Shown one piece after another: positions 38,935 to 51,166 of a stretch of DNA of 64,000 nt. Source of the DNA: Candidatus Marinacidobacterales bacterium (lineage in GTDB: Bacteria > Acidobacteriota > Vicinamibacteria > Marinacidobacterales > DATDRI01); contig CBDCNP010000002.1 of NCBI GenBank assembly GCA_965219415.1, positions 160,001-224,000 of the forward strand, written 5' to 3'. The notes under the pieces were generated by a model. That model had not been told where the DNA came from and did no database searches. It saw only the letters and a list, made by a program, of their open reading frames with translations. Each line of letters begins with the position of its first letter. Within the stretch, counting starts at the first letter, position 1. The translations under genes were made by a program, and so were the position numbers.

Positions 38935-39978
38935 CTAAAACTGCCTTAGGAAACGTAGGTCGTTGCTGTAGAAATGACGGATATCATCGACGCCATAGCG
39001 AAGCATCGCGATCCGCTCGGCACCGAGGCCGGCTGCGAAACCGGTATAGACGTCGGCGTCGTAGCCCATTTTCGTCAAGATCTCGGGATGCACCATCCCC
39101 GCACCCAAGATCTCGATCCAGCCCTCGTTCTTACAGATGCGACACCCCTTGCCCTCACACAAGAAGCAATCAATGGCCATATCGACACCGGGCTCGACGA
39201 ACGGGAAGTAATCACATCGGAATCGAATCTTTCGTTCTTGTCCGAAGAGTCGCTTGGCGAACTCGAAAAGAGTCCCTTTCAGATGTGCCAAGGTGATGCC
39301 CTTGTCCACGGCCAACACCTCGATCTGCGTGATCATCCACTCGTGCGTAGGGTCGGTCGCCTCGTTCCGATATGTCTTGCCGGGTACCACGATACGGATC
39401 GGCGGCTGGTTCTGCTCCATGAAACGTACCTGATTCGGGGAGGTGTGGGTGCGAAGAAGGAGTCTCGCATCCGATTCGTCGGCGCGATCGATGTAAAACG
39501 TATCCATTAACTCCCGGGCCGGATGCTCCTTGGGAATCCGTAGCGCCTCGAAGTTGTAGTAGTCGAGCTCCACCTCGGGTCCTTCGACGACCGAAAAACC
39601 CTGAGACTCGAAGGCATCGAGAATGTCCCGCAGCGTCTGCGTGATGGGGTGAAGCCGCCCGTACGGGAGGGGACGGCCGGGGAGGCTAACATCGACCCCT
39701 CCGGTCTCTACGGTTTTCTCGATGCGCGCCATCTGGAGAGCGGTACGTCGCTCGGCCAGCGCCTCATCGAGCTCCTTCTTGAGGCGGTTGGCTGCTTCCC
39801 CGGCACTGCGTCGCTCATCCGCCGGCAACTCGCCCAGCGAGCGCAGGAATGCCGTGAGCGCTGCCTTGCGCCCGAGGTGGGCGATACGCCAGGACTCGAG
39901 CGACGCCTCGTCCGACGCACCGGCCAAATCGCGGCGTGCATCCTCGGCGATTTTTTGTATGTTCTTGCTAGCCGTCAT
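38935..39978 (-). CDS. pheS: Phenylalanine--tRNA ligase alpha subunit
   Basis: HPAR, LLRTHTSPNQ, YFPFVEP, CxxC..CxxC insert, GAGMVHP, DLRFLRQF; ATG 39978 preferred. Confidence 0.97.
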   Translation of the reverse strand: MTASKNIQKIAEDARRDLAGASDEASLESWRIAHLGRKAALTAFLRSLGELPADERRSAGEAANRLKKELDEALAERRTALQMARIEKTVETGGVDVSLPGRPLPYGRLHPITQTLRDILDAFESQGFSVVEGPEVELDYYNFEALRIPKEHPARELMDTFYIDRADESDARLLLRTHTSPNQVRFMEQNQPPIRIVVPGKTYRNEATDPTHEWMITQIEVLAVDKGITLAHLKGTLFEFAKRLFGQERKIRFRCDYFPFVEPGVDMAIDCFLCEGKGCRICKNEGWIEILGAGMVHPEILTKMGYDADVYTGFAAGLGAERIAMLRYGVDDIRHFYSNDLRFLRQF

Positions 39979-40414
39979 AACCGAAAACGAAACACGGCCG
40001 GGATCCCGCCTTTCCGGCCCCGGCCGCTCAGAAAAGTGCACTACAATTATATAGCCGCCTGGCCAGGTTTCGTACTACCACTTACCTAGCTTGGCGGCCA
40101 ACAGGGTCCAGCAGCCAGAACCGTTACACCCTGCATTGTCATCGAGACTACAAGTATGTGCCCATGCTTCCTGAGGGACCACCCCCGGTCCCAAGAAAAA
40201 ACCATTGAACTTTTCTCTTGACAAGATTCTGCAACAAGTTTTACAGACCTCGCTAACACCTTCGTGGTACCACATCTAGCGCGTACGTTGACGCTCTAGT
40301 CAACGTTTACCCGCTTCGAGACAAAAAACTTCGTCGAAGCACGATCGTTCCTCCTCACGTCGCCTGACGGCCGAAAAAGGTGCGTTGTTATATTAGTCTT
40401 GAAGGAGGGACGAC

Positions 40415-41502
40415 ATGTTTAGCAAGTTATTGAAATCGATTTCGGATGATGATCTGCTCCGTCGCTTGTCGGGGCTGGTGCAAGAATCACGACGCGTCGA
40501 GTCGGACCTCGTCGCACACATCGCCGAAGTGGACGAGCGGCGTCTCTACGCACGTGAAGCTTGCTCCTCGATGTTCACGTATTGCACCGAGGTGTTGCAT
40601 CTGTCGGAGGCCGAAGCTTATCTCCGCATTCGAGTCGCGCGCGCCTCGCTAAAACATCCGGAGCTTCTCATGATGCTGGAGGATGGTCGTATTCACCTGA
40701 CCGGTGCCGCCAAGCTTTCGCCATACCTCACCGAAGCGAATCGGGATACCGTTTTGCCGCGCGCGGCGCACAAGTCCAGGGCAAAGATCGAAGAGCTTGT
40801 GGCGGAGGTCGCGCCGAAGCCTGATGTTGCGCCCAAGATACGCAAGCTTCCGGCGCCAGCCCAACTGCGTCCGGACGCAGTTGTGTCGCCGAGGCCCGCC
40901 GGGCCGAGGCCGATGACGCCGCTCGCACCCGCTCGCTACAAGATCCAGTTCACAGCCAGCGCCGAGCTCAAAGACAAGATCGAACGCCTGCGCGCGCTCA
41001 TGCCGAACAGCGATCTAGCTGTCATCATCGACGAGGCCGTGACGGAAAAGCTGGAGAGGTTGGAGTCGAGGCGCTACGGTAAGACGCGGGCGCCCAGACC
41101 GGGATCTCAAAGAACACCGACACATCGCCGTCTTCACGCTACATCCCTGCCCCGGTGAGGCGGGAGGTCAGCGAGCGAGACGGGAACCAATGCACCTTCG
41201 TGGACGGGCAGGGTAAGCGTTGTGGTGAGCGCTCCCAACTCCAGTTTCATCATAGGGACCCCTTTGCCCGCGGCGGAGACCACAGCCCAGAGAACATCCA
41301 GATGATGTGTCCCACGCACAACCAGTATCTGGCGGATTGCGAGTACGGAACCGAAGTGATGGAGCGTCATCGCGGTGGAGCGGACCAGGCGCGCGAGCCT
41401 GCGCCCGCGTACTCATTGACTTTTCAGGCTGTGCAAGGCTATTTTCATCCGCAAAGGGCGGGCCATGTCATTAACTCCCGGCACGAAGCTAGGACCCTAT
41501 GA
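40415..41502 (+). CDS. DUF222-like/HNH endonuclease protein, frameshift near 41100
   Basis: LVAHIAEVDERRLY...SMFTYC; RYIPAPVRREV..RD..QCTF..C...QFHH....GG....NIQMMCPTHN. Confidence 0.8.
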
Positions 41503-44124
41503 AATCCTGGCACCTCTCGGTGCAGGTGGCATGGGTGAGGTCTACAAGGCCAAAGACGCTCGCCTCGATCGCACTGTCGCCATCAAAGTCCTCCCGGCTC
41601 ACGTAGCCAGCCATCCCGAAGTCCGCCAGAGATTCGAGCGCGAAGCCCGCGCCGTATCGAGCCTGAACCATCCCCACATCTGCACGCTTCACGACATCGG
41701 CAGCGAGAACGGCATCGACTTCATGGTCATGGAGCACATCGAAGGAGACACCCTCGCCGACCGACTGAAGAAAGGCGCACTGCCTCTCGACCAAGCTCTG
41801 CGGTACGGAATCGAAATCGCCGACGCGTTAGACAAAGCGCACCGGCAAGGCGTCGTGCACCGAGACTTGAAGCCCGGCAACATCATGCTGACCAAGTCCG
41901 GTGCGAAGCTTCTGGACTTCGGGCTTGCCAAGTTGCAGCACGGACCTCAGGAGGGTGCGCCGGATCTCTCATCCCTGGCCACGGAAGCAAAGTCGCTCAC
42001 TGAAAAAGGCGCCATTCTAGGCACATTCCAATACATGGCACCCGAGCAGTTGGAAGGCAATGAGGTCGACGCACGGACAGATATTTTCGCGTTCGGAGCG
42101 GTCCTTTACGAAATGGTGACCGGCAGAAAGGCCTTCGAAGGCAAGAGCCAGGCGAGCCTGATTGGCGCCATAATGAACTCCGAACCCCAGCCCATGTCGG
42201 AGCTCCAGCCGGTGTCACCGCGCTCGCTGGATTGGTCCGTCAAGAGATGTTTGAGCAAGGATCCGGACGACCGCTGGCAGTCGGCGCGCGACCTGATGGC
42301 AGAGCTCGGGCGGATCGCGGAAGGCGGCTCAGAGGCAGGCTTGTCTGCGCCTATAACAGATAAGGGACCTCGCGGTCGTCTCTTGTGGGGCGTCGCTGGC
42401 CTCTTACTGGGGGCGCTCGTAGCCGGCCTCGCCTCCTGGAAACTCTCGACGGATCCTTTTGGCTCGGAACGCCAAATCATGCGTTTTCAGATTCCGCTCG
42501 CTCCCAACCAGGACTGGGGACAGTCGGGGCTCGATATCTCTCCCGATGGCTCGCGCATCGCGTACGTTGTTTCGACTGACGACCGCCTTCAACTCTACGT
42601 TCGTTCGCATGGATCAGCCGGAGCCTACGCCGATGGCGGGCACCGAGGGGGCGCTCGGTCCTTTCTTCTCGCCAGACGGACAGTGGGTGGGTTTTTGGGC
42701 GGCCGGCAACCTAAAGAAAGTATCCGTCGCCGGCGGACTTCCACTAAAGCTCTGCAACAGCGAACCGACGCGAGGGGCAAGTTGGGGAGCCGATGATGTC
42801 ATCGTGTTTGGAACTTCGGCAAAAGGACTGTTTCAAGTACCCGCAGGCGGAGGCACGCCCGCGGCGCTCACCACGCCGAACCAAGACGAGGGTAGGTTAG
42901 CCCATCGCTGGCCACAACTCCTACCAGGTGGGGAAGCCGTGCTCTTTACGATTTCGGATGCAGGGGCTCCGAGCGTCGCGGTTCTCTCTCGCGAAACGCG
43001 CGAGGTGCGCATACTCATCGAGTCCGGCGCTGATGCCCGGTACGTCCCGACCGGCCATCTTATCTATGGACTGAGAGGGCAGGTGTTGGGGGGTGCCGTT
43101 TGACGTCCGTCGGCTTCAGATTGAGGGTGCCCCAGTCCCGCTCATCGATGAGGTGGTGGCGGTTGGCAACTTGGCCGTTTCCGCCAGAGACACTCTGGTC
43201 TATGCAACGACAACGGCGTTCGTACCCAACAGCACCTTGGTGTGGGTGGATCGTGAAGGGCGCGAGAGTCCATTGATGGACAAGCCGAGACAGTATGTCG
43301 AGCCTCGCGTCTCCCCCGATGGCCGGCGTTTGGCGGTTACCCTCGGTCCTGACTACGATGTTTGGATTCAAGAGCTCGACCGGGGGACGTTGACCCGCCT
43401 GACGTTTGGCGAGGGTAATGACAGCTTGCCGATCTGGACACCGGACGGCGAACGGGTGACCTTTTCTTCTAGCAGCTCGGGACCATGGAACATTTTCTCC
43501 GTGCCCGCGGACGGTAGCGGCGAACCGGTCCAGCTCACCTCTAGTGAAAACCTTTCAACGGCCTCCTCCTGGTCGCCCGACGGCAAGATTCTCGCCTTCA
43601 CACATGTGGGGCAGGAAACCGGAGTGGACATCGGGATCCTCACAATGGACGACGAGCCGAAGACCGAGGTGTTCCTGGGGACGCCTTTCAATGAATACCA
43701 TCCGATGTTTTCACCGGACGGTCGCTGGCTGGCGTATACCTCTGACGAGTCGGGTCGGGCTGAGGTCTATGTGCGGGCCTTTCCGGGCCCGGGCGGAAAA
43801 TGGCAGGTTTCGACGGACGGTGGGGTCTACCCCTTGTGGGCTCCCAGCGGCCGGGAGCTCTTCTATCGGAGCGGCGACAAGATGATGGTGGTTCCCATCT
43901 CCACGGCTCCCGAGCTCAGACCGGGCACGCCGGTGGTGCTGTTTGAGGAGCCTTATCACAAGCTTGGCTTGGCGGTTAACAACTATCACTCCTACGACGT
44001 GAGCCGCGACGGCCAACAAAGGTTCGTCATGATCAAGCCAGTCGAGGAAGAGTCCGCCCCAACGCAACTGAACGTCGTCCTGAACTGGTCCGAAGAGCTG
44101 AAACGCCGTGTCCCCACAAACTAG
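41465..44124 (+). CDS. Ser/Thr protein kinase with TM and TolB/PD40 beta-propeller (frameshifts near 42607 and 43093)
   Basis: LGAGGMGEVY, VAIK, HRDLKPGN, DFGLA, YMAPEQ; repeated SPDG motifs across three frames. Confidence 0.92.
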
Positions 44125-44295
44125 GGAAGCCCTCGGGCAACCTCACGGACCACCGGCCTAACGCACCAAAGCGGCATCGCTAAAGCTAGCCGTCGGGACC
44201 CACCGTTGCTGGAACCGTGAGCTGGTGCATTGCGACGGCGGACTAGTCCCTGTACGATCGTGGGCCAGATCTGCAGCAAGTAAGGAGCTAGTTAA

Positions 44296-45315
44296 ATGCA
44301 GCTAGGAATGATCGGTCTCGGGAGGATGGGTGCCGGCATGGTCAGGCGCCTCATGAAGGACGGGCACGACTGCGTCGTCTATGACATTCACGACAAAGCG
44401 GTGAAGCAACTGGCCGAGGACGGGGCGCAGGGCGCGTTTTCGATGGAAGAGTTTGCACAAAAGCTCGACAAGCCTCGTGCCGCTTGGATGATGGTACCAG
44501 CCGCCGTCGTGGACCAGACGATCGAATCCCTGGTTCCGCATTTGGAAAAGGACGACATCGTCATCGATGGGGGCAACTCTTACTACCACGACGACATACG
44601 AAGGGCCGCCGCGCTCGAGAAGAAGGGCCTTCACTACGTCGACGTGGGCACCAGCGGCGGGGTCTGGGGTTTCGAACGCGGTTTTTGCCAGATGATCGGA
44701 GGAGAAAAAGACGTCGTCCAACATCTCGACCCGATATTCGTGACCCTCTCACCTCCGGTCGAGGCGGCGCCCCGGACGCCCGGTCGTGAAAAAGTGAGCG
44801 GTACCGCCGAGCATGGCTATCTGCACTGCGGCCCCAGCGGAGCCGGCCACTTCGTCAAGATGGTCCACAACGGCATCGAGTACGGTGTCATGGCTGCTTA
44901 TGCGGAGGGGTTCAATATTCTCAAGAATGCCAACATAGGAAAGCGGGACCGCACGGTGGACGCGGAGACGACACCGCTCCGGCACCCGGAGCACTATCAA
45001 TACGATCTCAACCTGACCGACATCTCCGAACTCTGGCGGCGTGGGAGTGTGATCACATCTTGGTTACTGGATCTCACCGCAAGCGCGCTGCTACAGAACC
45101 CGGATCTGTCGAACTTCGCTGGGCGAGTCTCGGATTCCGGTGAGGGGCGTTGGACGATCCAGGCCGCCATCGACGAGGCCGTTCCTGCCCATGTCCTCAC
45201 CGCGTCCCTCTACGATCGCTTCAGCTCGCGCGACAAGGCCGACTTCGCGAACAAAATACTCTCCGCCATGCGCTATGGGTTCGGCGGCCATCACGAGAAG
45301 AAAGCGGAGAGCTAG
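44296..45315 (+). CDS. gnd: 6-phosphogluconate dehydrogenase, decarboxylating (short type)
   Basis: [38 protein letters not shown]. Confidence 0.95.
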   Translation: MQLGMIGLGRMGAGMVRRLMKDGHDCVVYDIHDKAVKQLAEDGAQGAFSMEEFAQKLDKPRAAWMMVPAAVVDQTIESLVPHLEKDDIVIDGGNSYYHDDIRRAAALEKKGLHYVDVGTSGGVWGFERGFCQMIGGEKDVVQHLDPIFVTLSPPVEAAPRTPGREKVSGTAEHGYLHCGPSGAGHFVKMVHNGIEYGVMAAYAEGFNILKNANIGKRDRTVDAETTPLRHPEHYQYDLNLTDISELWRRGSVITSWLLDLTASALLQNPDLSNFAGRVSDSGEGRWTIQAAIDEAVPAHVLTASLYDRFSSRDKADFANKILSAMRYGFGGHHEKKAES

Positions 45316-45324
45316 CCGCTCGCG

Positions 45325-46020
45325 ATGGAAGTCGAGATACTCGACGACGCTGACGCGGTGGCGAAGCGGGCCGCGGGCTTCGTGGTTGCCGTGGCCCGTC
45401 AATCGGTTGCCGAGCGGAATCGCTTCGTCTTTGCAGTCAGCGGCGGGCGCACTCCATGGAAGATGCTCCGGGCCCTCGCCGACGAAGACGTTCCATGGGA
45501 GCAGGTCCGTGTCGGGCAGGTCGATGAACGCGTCGCACCGGAAGGACACTCCGAGCGCAATCTGACCCATTTGCGGGAGAGCCTTCTCCCCCACGCTCCC
45601 CTATCGCCGGAACACATCTACTCTATGCCGGTTGGCGAGGCCGACTTGACCACCGCGGCCTCGAGCTACGCCGATCTTCTCCAGGACCTTGCCGGTTCAC
45701 CCCCGGTGTTGGACCTGATCCATCTCGGCCTCGGCCCCGATGGACACACTGCCTCCTTGGTACCAGAGGACCCGGTGCTCGAGGTCGGCGATCGGGACGT
45801 CTCGGTGACGCAGATTTACCAAGGCCGGCGCCGCATGACGCTCACGTACCCCGCGCTGAACCGTGCCCGGCAATTGCTTTGGCTGGTGACAGGAGCGGAC
45901 AAAGCAGAAATGCTTCCTCGCCTGTGCAACGGTGACAAAGGGATCCCAGCGGGACGGGTGGCAAGCGACAAAGCAACCGTGATTGCCGACCGGGCCGCTG
46001 CCCAACGATGGGGTTCTTAG
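45325..46020 (+). CDS. pgl: 6-phosphogluconolactonase
   Basis: SGGRTP, VDER, LGLGPDGHTASL, RMTLT. Confidence 0.93.
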   Translation: MEVEILDDADAVAKRAAGFVVAVARQSVAERNRFVFAVSGGRTPWKMLRALADEDVPWEQVRVGQVDERVAPEGHSERNLTHLRESLLPHAPLSPEHIYSMPVGEADLTTAASSYADLLQDLAGSPPVLDLIHLGLGPDGHTASLVPEDPVLEVGDRDVSVTQIYQGRRRMTLTYPALNRARQLLWLVTGADKAEMLPRLCNGDKGIPAGRVASDKATVIADRAAAQRWGS

Positions 46021-47383
46021 CGAGACACGGCGACCAAGTGCCCTCGCGTGCGGAAGAAGAGAACTCCTTCGGAGATGGCCGGCGTCGCCATGGCGGTCTC
46101 CCCCATCGGGTTGGTCGCCAGAACTTCGAAGTCCGGGGCCGCCTTGAGGACGTAAACGTCGCCGTCCTCACTGGTGAAGTAAAGCTTGCCGTCCGCAGCC
46201 ACCGGTGAGGCGCTGAATCCTCCTCCTTTGCCCAGTCGTTTACGTTCCACGATCTCGCCGGTCTTCGCCTGGTAGACGGTCATGACGCCGCCATCTTGGC
46301 ACGTGACGAGGTACTCCTGATGGACGAGCACCGTTTGCATGTAGTTGCCGCGATTTCGACGACTCCAAGTGATATAGCGGTTCGTGCTTTCCCCCTCCGC
46401 CAACGAAATATCCCCGACGGCGTCGACCTTGATCGCGTAAATGGGGGCGGCCGGTCCGTGGGCATTGGTGATGAAAATGAGCCCGTCCGACACGACGGGT
46501 GTCGGCACCGGAATGTCACCCCCACCGGTCAATCTCCACAGCTCTTCGCCACTACTCAGCTCGTAAGCTCCAATGTGCTTGTACCCGTTCACGATCAAAC
46601 TTGCCGGCGTCCATTCCCCTCGTGCACGGTTGGCGTGCTCCAGGTCGGTACGTCCTCGCGCGGCGTACGCCACACCTCCTCGCCATCTTCGATCCGCAAA
46701 GCGGTAATGAAAGAATTCTCCCGAACGCCGCACTGCACGATGACCAAGTCGCCATGAATCACGGGAGAGCTGGCAAAACCCCATTGCACGTCCGGAACTT
46801 TGAAGAACACGGAGTCCAGAGTACCTAGATCTTTTTTCCAGAGGAGGTTTCCTTCGAAGTCGTAGCAGTAGAGCCCCTCGGAGCCGAAGAAAGCGATGAC
46901 ATGCTTGCCGTCGGTCGCCGGCGTCGAATTAGCGTGCGTCGACTTCGGATGTCGTTTCGTCCGCGGCACACCCCGGTGAGCCGTTCGCTCCCAGAGAATC
47001 TCGCCGCTGGTCTTGTCGATGCCGTAGAGCTTCCAACTAAGGACTCCCTCGTCCTCGACCGGAGCGATGTCGCCGTACAGACCAACCTTCAGTTCCGCCT
47101 CGTCCTTATCCCTGACCGCGGTAGTGACGAAGAGTCGATCACCCCAAACGACCGGGCTCGAATGGGCAAGACCGGGGATGGCGGTTTTCCATTTGATATT
47201 GGTTCCGCGCTCAACATCCCACTCGGTTGCGGTCGCGTACCCTTCGGCGATACCTCCCGCCCCGGCTCCTCTAAAAGAAGGCCAATGAATGTCGGACGGT
47301 GACTGCCCGGGGAGGTCGATGGGCACAATGAGAAGGCCGAAAGCGACTATTGCATGACGGATCATCGAGAGCCTCCGCGCCAA
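46017..47383 (-). CDS. PQQ-like beta-propeller exported protein, frameshift near 46610
   Basis: WPSFRG, SSPVVWGD, STPATDG, WSTP, VPTPV, ASPV, ATPA repeats. Confidence 0.85.
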
Positions 47384-47439
47384 AGATTACGTCCGGGCTC
47401 GGGGTTTGGCAAACACAAGGGCTAATAATAGGGCGTGCG

Positions 47440-47952
47440 ATGAAGTGGTTCGATCGCGAGTTCGCATTTCGAACGCCGGTGGAGCTGTACCCCCAGTTCG
47501 TCATCCGACTCCGCGGCACCGCCGCCCGGCTGGACGAGTTGACGCGTCATCTTTCCCAACCCGTCTTGGCCCAGAAGCCGGAGGGCAAGTGGTCGGTCCA
47601 GGAGAATGTCGGGCATTTGCTAGACCTGGAGGAGCTCTGGGAGGCACGCCTCACGGATTTCCTCGAGGGAAAAGACGTCCTGACCCCAGCGGACCTCGAG
47701 AACCGCAAGACCCACGAGGCGCGTCACAATGACACGCCGCCCGGCATACTCTTGAAGGGATTCCGCCAGGCGCGGGACGGCTTCCTCGATCGCCTCGACC
47801 GGCTTGCGCCCGCAGATTTCGCGAAGACCTCTCGCCACCCGCGGCTCGACACGCCCATGCGACTCATCGACATGTTGGAGTTCGCTGCCGAGCACGACGA
47901 TCACCATTTGGCGCGAATCTGGGAGCTCTGCAGCGAAGCCTACGCGCGCTAG
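47440..47952 (+). CDS. DinB-family protein
   Basis: WSVQENVGHL...HDDHHL metal-binding histidines. Confidence 0.88.
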   Translation: MKWFDREFAFRTPVELYPQFVIRLRGTAARLDELTRHLSQPVLAQKPEGKWSVQENVGHLLDLEELWEARLTDFLEGKDVLTPADLENRKTHEARHNDTPPGILLKGFRQARDGFLDRLDRLAPADFAKTSRHPRLDTPMRLIDMLEFAAEHDDHHLARIWELCSEAYAR

Positions 47953-48029
47953 TGTCCCGAGTGCTCGTCTGCGTTGATCCCGAATAGGTTTACACTCGAT
48001 CTCACGCTGTGACATCATCGTTGGACCTC

Positions 48030-48956
48030 ATGGTGGCCAGTCCTCCTGTCCAAGTCCGCGGCCTGGTAAAGAGCTACGGCAGCTTTCAAGCCGTACGCGG
48101 CATCGATTTCGACGTTCACGCGGGCGAAGTCTTCGCGCTTCTTGGTCCGAACGGAGCCGGAAAAACCACGACCGTCGAAGTCCTGGAGGGACTCCGCCCC
48201 CGAAACGGTGGCGATGTTGCGGTCCTAGGCTTCGATCCGGGCGAGCAGAGCAAGCCTCTCAAAGACCGCATCGGTGTCTGCCTGCAAGCCACCAACCTTC
48301 CCGACCGAATCAAAGTAAGCGAAGCCCTCGAGCTATTTTCCGACCTCTACTCGCACCACCAGGACAGCAAGATCCTCCTCCAGCGCCTCGAGCTAGAGGA
48401 CAAACGAAACGAGTTCTACTCCGAGCTTTCGGGTGGACAGAAGCAACGTCTAGCTCTAGCCCTAGCCCTCGTCAACGACCCCCAGGTTCTTTTTCTGGAC
48501 GAGCCCACAGCCGGATTGGATCCTCAAGCACGGCACGAGATTCATGGGCTCATCCAGGACCTTCGCAATGACAACCGAACGATTCTCCTCACCACGCATT
48601 ACATCGAGGAAGCCGAAAAACTCTGCGATCGGGTCGCGATCATCGACGAGGGGCGCATCATCGCCATGGGGACCCCCAAGGAGATCCGAAGTCAAACCAT
48701 GGGGCACTCCTACATCGAGATCCATAGCGAGCGCGATCTGCCGAAGAACCTACCGAGCTTCGACTCCGCGGAGAAGATCAGCGTGGGTGCGGACAAACGC
48801 AGTCTCACCGTTCACTCCACTCAGCCCGCGCGCGCCTTGGTGGAGCTCGTTAAATGGCTAGATCAACATGAAGTCGAGCTCGCTGACGTCCATCTCAAGC
48901 AACCGACGCTTGAAGACGTCTTCATCGAGATGACCGGCAGGAGACTCAGAGATTGA
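48030..48956 (+). CDS. ABC-2 type transporter ATP-binding protein
   Basis: GPNGAGKTT, LSGGQ, LDEPT, TTHY, LEDVF. Confidence 0.95.
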   Translation: MVASPPVQVRGLVKSYGSFQAVRGIDFDVHAGEVFALLGPNGAGKTTTVEVLEGLRPRNGGDVAVLGFDPGEQSKPLKDRIGVCLQATNLPDRIKVSEALELFSDLYSHHQDSKILLQRLELEDKRNEFYSELSGGQKQRLALALALVNDPQVLFLDEPTAGLDPQARHEIHGLIQDLRNDNRTILLTTHYIEEAEKLCDRVAIIDEGRIIAMGTPKEIRSQTMGHSYIEIHSERDLPKNLPSFDSAEKISVGADKRSLTVHSTQPARALVELVKWLDQHEVELADVHLKQPTLEDVFIEMTGRRLRD

Positions 48957-51142
48957 GACCGTACCTGGCGCTCATTAATATCGACCTCAAGCTCGCGCTT
49001 CGTAACAAGTCGGTCCTCTTTTTCAACTACCTGTTTCCCCTCATCTTCTTCTTCACGTTCGCCCAGTTCCTGGGCGACGGCCTGGGCGGCAATATTTCGT
49101 ACATCGTGAGCATGGTCCTGGTTCTTGGCATTCTCGGCAACGGCCTATTCGGCGCAGGGATGCGGGCGGTCCAGGAACGAGAGGCCAACATTCTCCGCCG
49201 ATTCAAAGTCGCGCCGATCTCGCCCGTCCCCATCCTCGTTGCCTCGATGGTTACCGGATGGGTGCTGTATCTACCGTCGGTGCTATTGGTTCTTGGATTG
49301 GCTCACTATCTGTACGGAATGGAGATCCCGGAGCGTTGGTTCGCTCTTTTCGCGTTGATTTCGATCGGTGTCATCGCCTTCCGAGCGGTTGGATTGATCC
49401 TGGCGGCGGTGGCGAACTCGATACAAGAAAGCAACATTCTGATCCAGACGCTGTACATGCCGATGCTCTTCCTGAGCGGTGCGACATTTCCGATGACCAT
49501 GCTTCCCGTTTGGGCCCAAGTCACCGCGCAGTATCTTCCGGCAACCTACTTGGTCACCGGTTTCCAAGGGGTGTTCTATCGACAAGAAAGCTTGTTCGAA
49601 AACTGGCCCGCCGTCCTGGCCCTCACCGCCACCATCGTCCTTGCCACATTCGTCTCCGCGCAGCTCTTTCGCTGGGAGAAAGAAGAGAAGATCGCGGGCT
49701 CGGCCAAACTCTGGGTCCTTGGGGTGCTTCTACCATTCTTCGCCCTCGGCAGCTATGAGGTATCGAGTCGAGACAACATACGTAAGGCGGAAGCGTTGTG
49801 GCGCGATCTAGACCGCCGGGAGCTCCTTCTCATACACAACGCTCGAGTCTTCGTCGGCGACGGACGTGTGATCGAGTCGGGAACGGTCCTGGTCGAAAAC
49901 GGCAAGATACAGAGTGTATTCGATTCCAACCCTCCAGATTCCTCTCGTTGGCAGGGAGAAGTCATCGAAGCGGCCGGAAAAACACTTCTCCCCGGGCTGA
50001 TCGACGTTCACGTGCACCTGGCCGCACCGGGAGGGGTTTACCCACCGGAGACCGAGTACGACTTCGAAGGCGCGATGGAGCGAGCACTCGCCGCGTACCT
50101 CTATAGTGGTGTCACCACGGTCAAGAGCGTCGGTGACCCTGTTCAGGCCACTCTTCGACTGCGAGAGCGCGAGCGATCCCGAGAAGTTCAAGGAGCGGAG
50201 CTCTTCGTGTGCGGTCCCATGTTTACAACCGAGGGAGGCCACGGAACCGAGTATTTCGAGAAGCTGCCGGAAGCGATCCGAAAATTGGCCGCCCAGCAGT
50301 GGGTTCGCACGCCTTCGTCACCCGACGAGGCCAGCCGGCAGGTCCGCGAGCTCAAAGCGGATGGTATCGATAGCATCAAAGCCATTCTCGAGACGGGGCG
50401 CGCGGGAATGCTATTCAACCGCATGGATACGTCCATCCTCGAGGCTATCGCGGAGGAAGCGCGCACCCAGGGGCTTCCCCTGACAGTCCATACCGGCGAC
50501 AGCCAGGACATTCTGGCCGCCATCGAGGCTCGAGCCGCTGGTATCGAGCACGGTTCGTCGCTCGACGAGATCCCACACGCAACGCTGAGCCGCATGGCCA
50601 AAGACGGAGTGGCTTACGACCCAACGCTGGCCGTTCGCGAGGCCCTCGTTCATCTATCGGTGGGTGACAGGAAGTCGCTCGAACGCTCGTTGATCCAACA
50701 GGTCGGTCCATTGGAGCTCTTGATGCAAACCCGGGAGGCTCTGGAATCGGGACAGATGGGGAAACACCTGAACGAAACGAGTCTCCAAGATGAGCTCGAA
50801 CGTGCGAAGGCCAACCTCCTTCGCGCTCATCGCGCTGGGGTCACCCTCGTGACCGGAACCGATTCCGGTAATCCACTCGTGTTCCACGGACCCGCCATCC
50901 ACAGAGAGCTGCAGCTTTGGGTCGACGCAGGAGTGCCGCCCGAGGTCGCCCTCCAAGCGGCAACCAGAAACGCCGCCGCTTTTCTCGGAGCGGGCGATCG
51001 CTTGGGTCTCATCCAGCCAGGCTACGAAGCCAACCTGCTGCTGGTCGACGGGAATCCGCTTGAAGACATCGCGAGCACAGAGCGGATATCGTTAGTTATC
51101 TACAAAGGCGGCCGAGTGGAAAGAAGTCGGCTGTTTGACTAA
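48953..51142 (+). CDS. ABC-2 permease fused to a metal-dependent amidohydrolase
   Basis: Residues ~1-240 ABC-2 permease (LSGATFP, FRWE), one extra TM, then PGLIDVHVH, SIK, VHTG, IEHG, GTDSG, ANLLLVDGNP. Confidence 0.88.
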   Translation: MRPYLALINIDLKLALRNKSVLFFNYLFPLIFFFTFAQFLGDGLGGNISYIVSMVLVLGILGNGLFGAGMRAVQEREANILRRFKVAPISPVPILVASMVTGWVLYLPSVLLVLGLAHYLYGMEIPERWFALFALISIGVIAFRAVGLILAAVANSIQESNILIQTLYMPMLFLSGATFPMTMLPVWAQVTAQYLPATYLVTGFQGVFYRQESLFENWPAVLALTATIVLATFVSAQLFRWEKEEKIAGSAKLWVLGVLLPFFALGSYEVSSRDNIRKAEALWRDLDRRELLLIHNARVFVGDGRVIESGTVLVENGKIQSVFDSNPPDSSRWQGEVIEAAGKTLLPGLIDVHVHLAAPGGVYPPETEYDFEGAMERALAAYLYSGVTTVKSVGDPVQATLRLRERERSREVQGAELFVCGPMFTTEGGHGTEYFEKLPEAIRKLAAQQWVRTPSSPDEASRQVRELKADGIDSIKAILETGRAGMLFNRMDTSILEAIAEEARTQGLPLTVHTGDSQDILAAIEARAAGIEHGSSLDEIPHATLSRMAKDGVAYDPTLAVREALVHLSVGDRKSLERSLIQQVGPLELLMQTREALESGQMGKHLNETSLQDELERAKANLLRAHRAGVTLVTGTDSGNPLVFHGPAIHRELQLWVDAGVPPEVALQAATRNAAAFLGAGDRLGLIQPGYEANLLLVDGNPLEDIASTERISLVIYKGGRVERSRLFD

Positions 51143-51166
51143 GAAGTTGCCAAAGGGAGCCCAAAA

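Noticed and set aside
40260-40280. T-box riboswitch for pheS (UGGUACCACG on the minus strand)
   Set aside because: ~290 nt from pheS, no terminator or stem I seen, and a consensus TATAAT at 40051-40046 lies between it and pheS.
44142-44240. Riboswitch or fourth rod element upstream of gnd
   Set aside because: Only 6-7 bp helices, expected by chance at this GC content; no recognisable motif.
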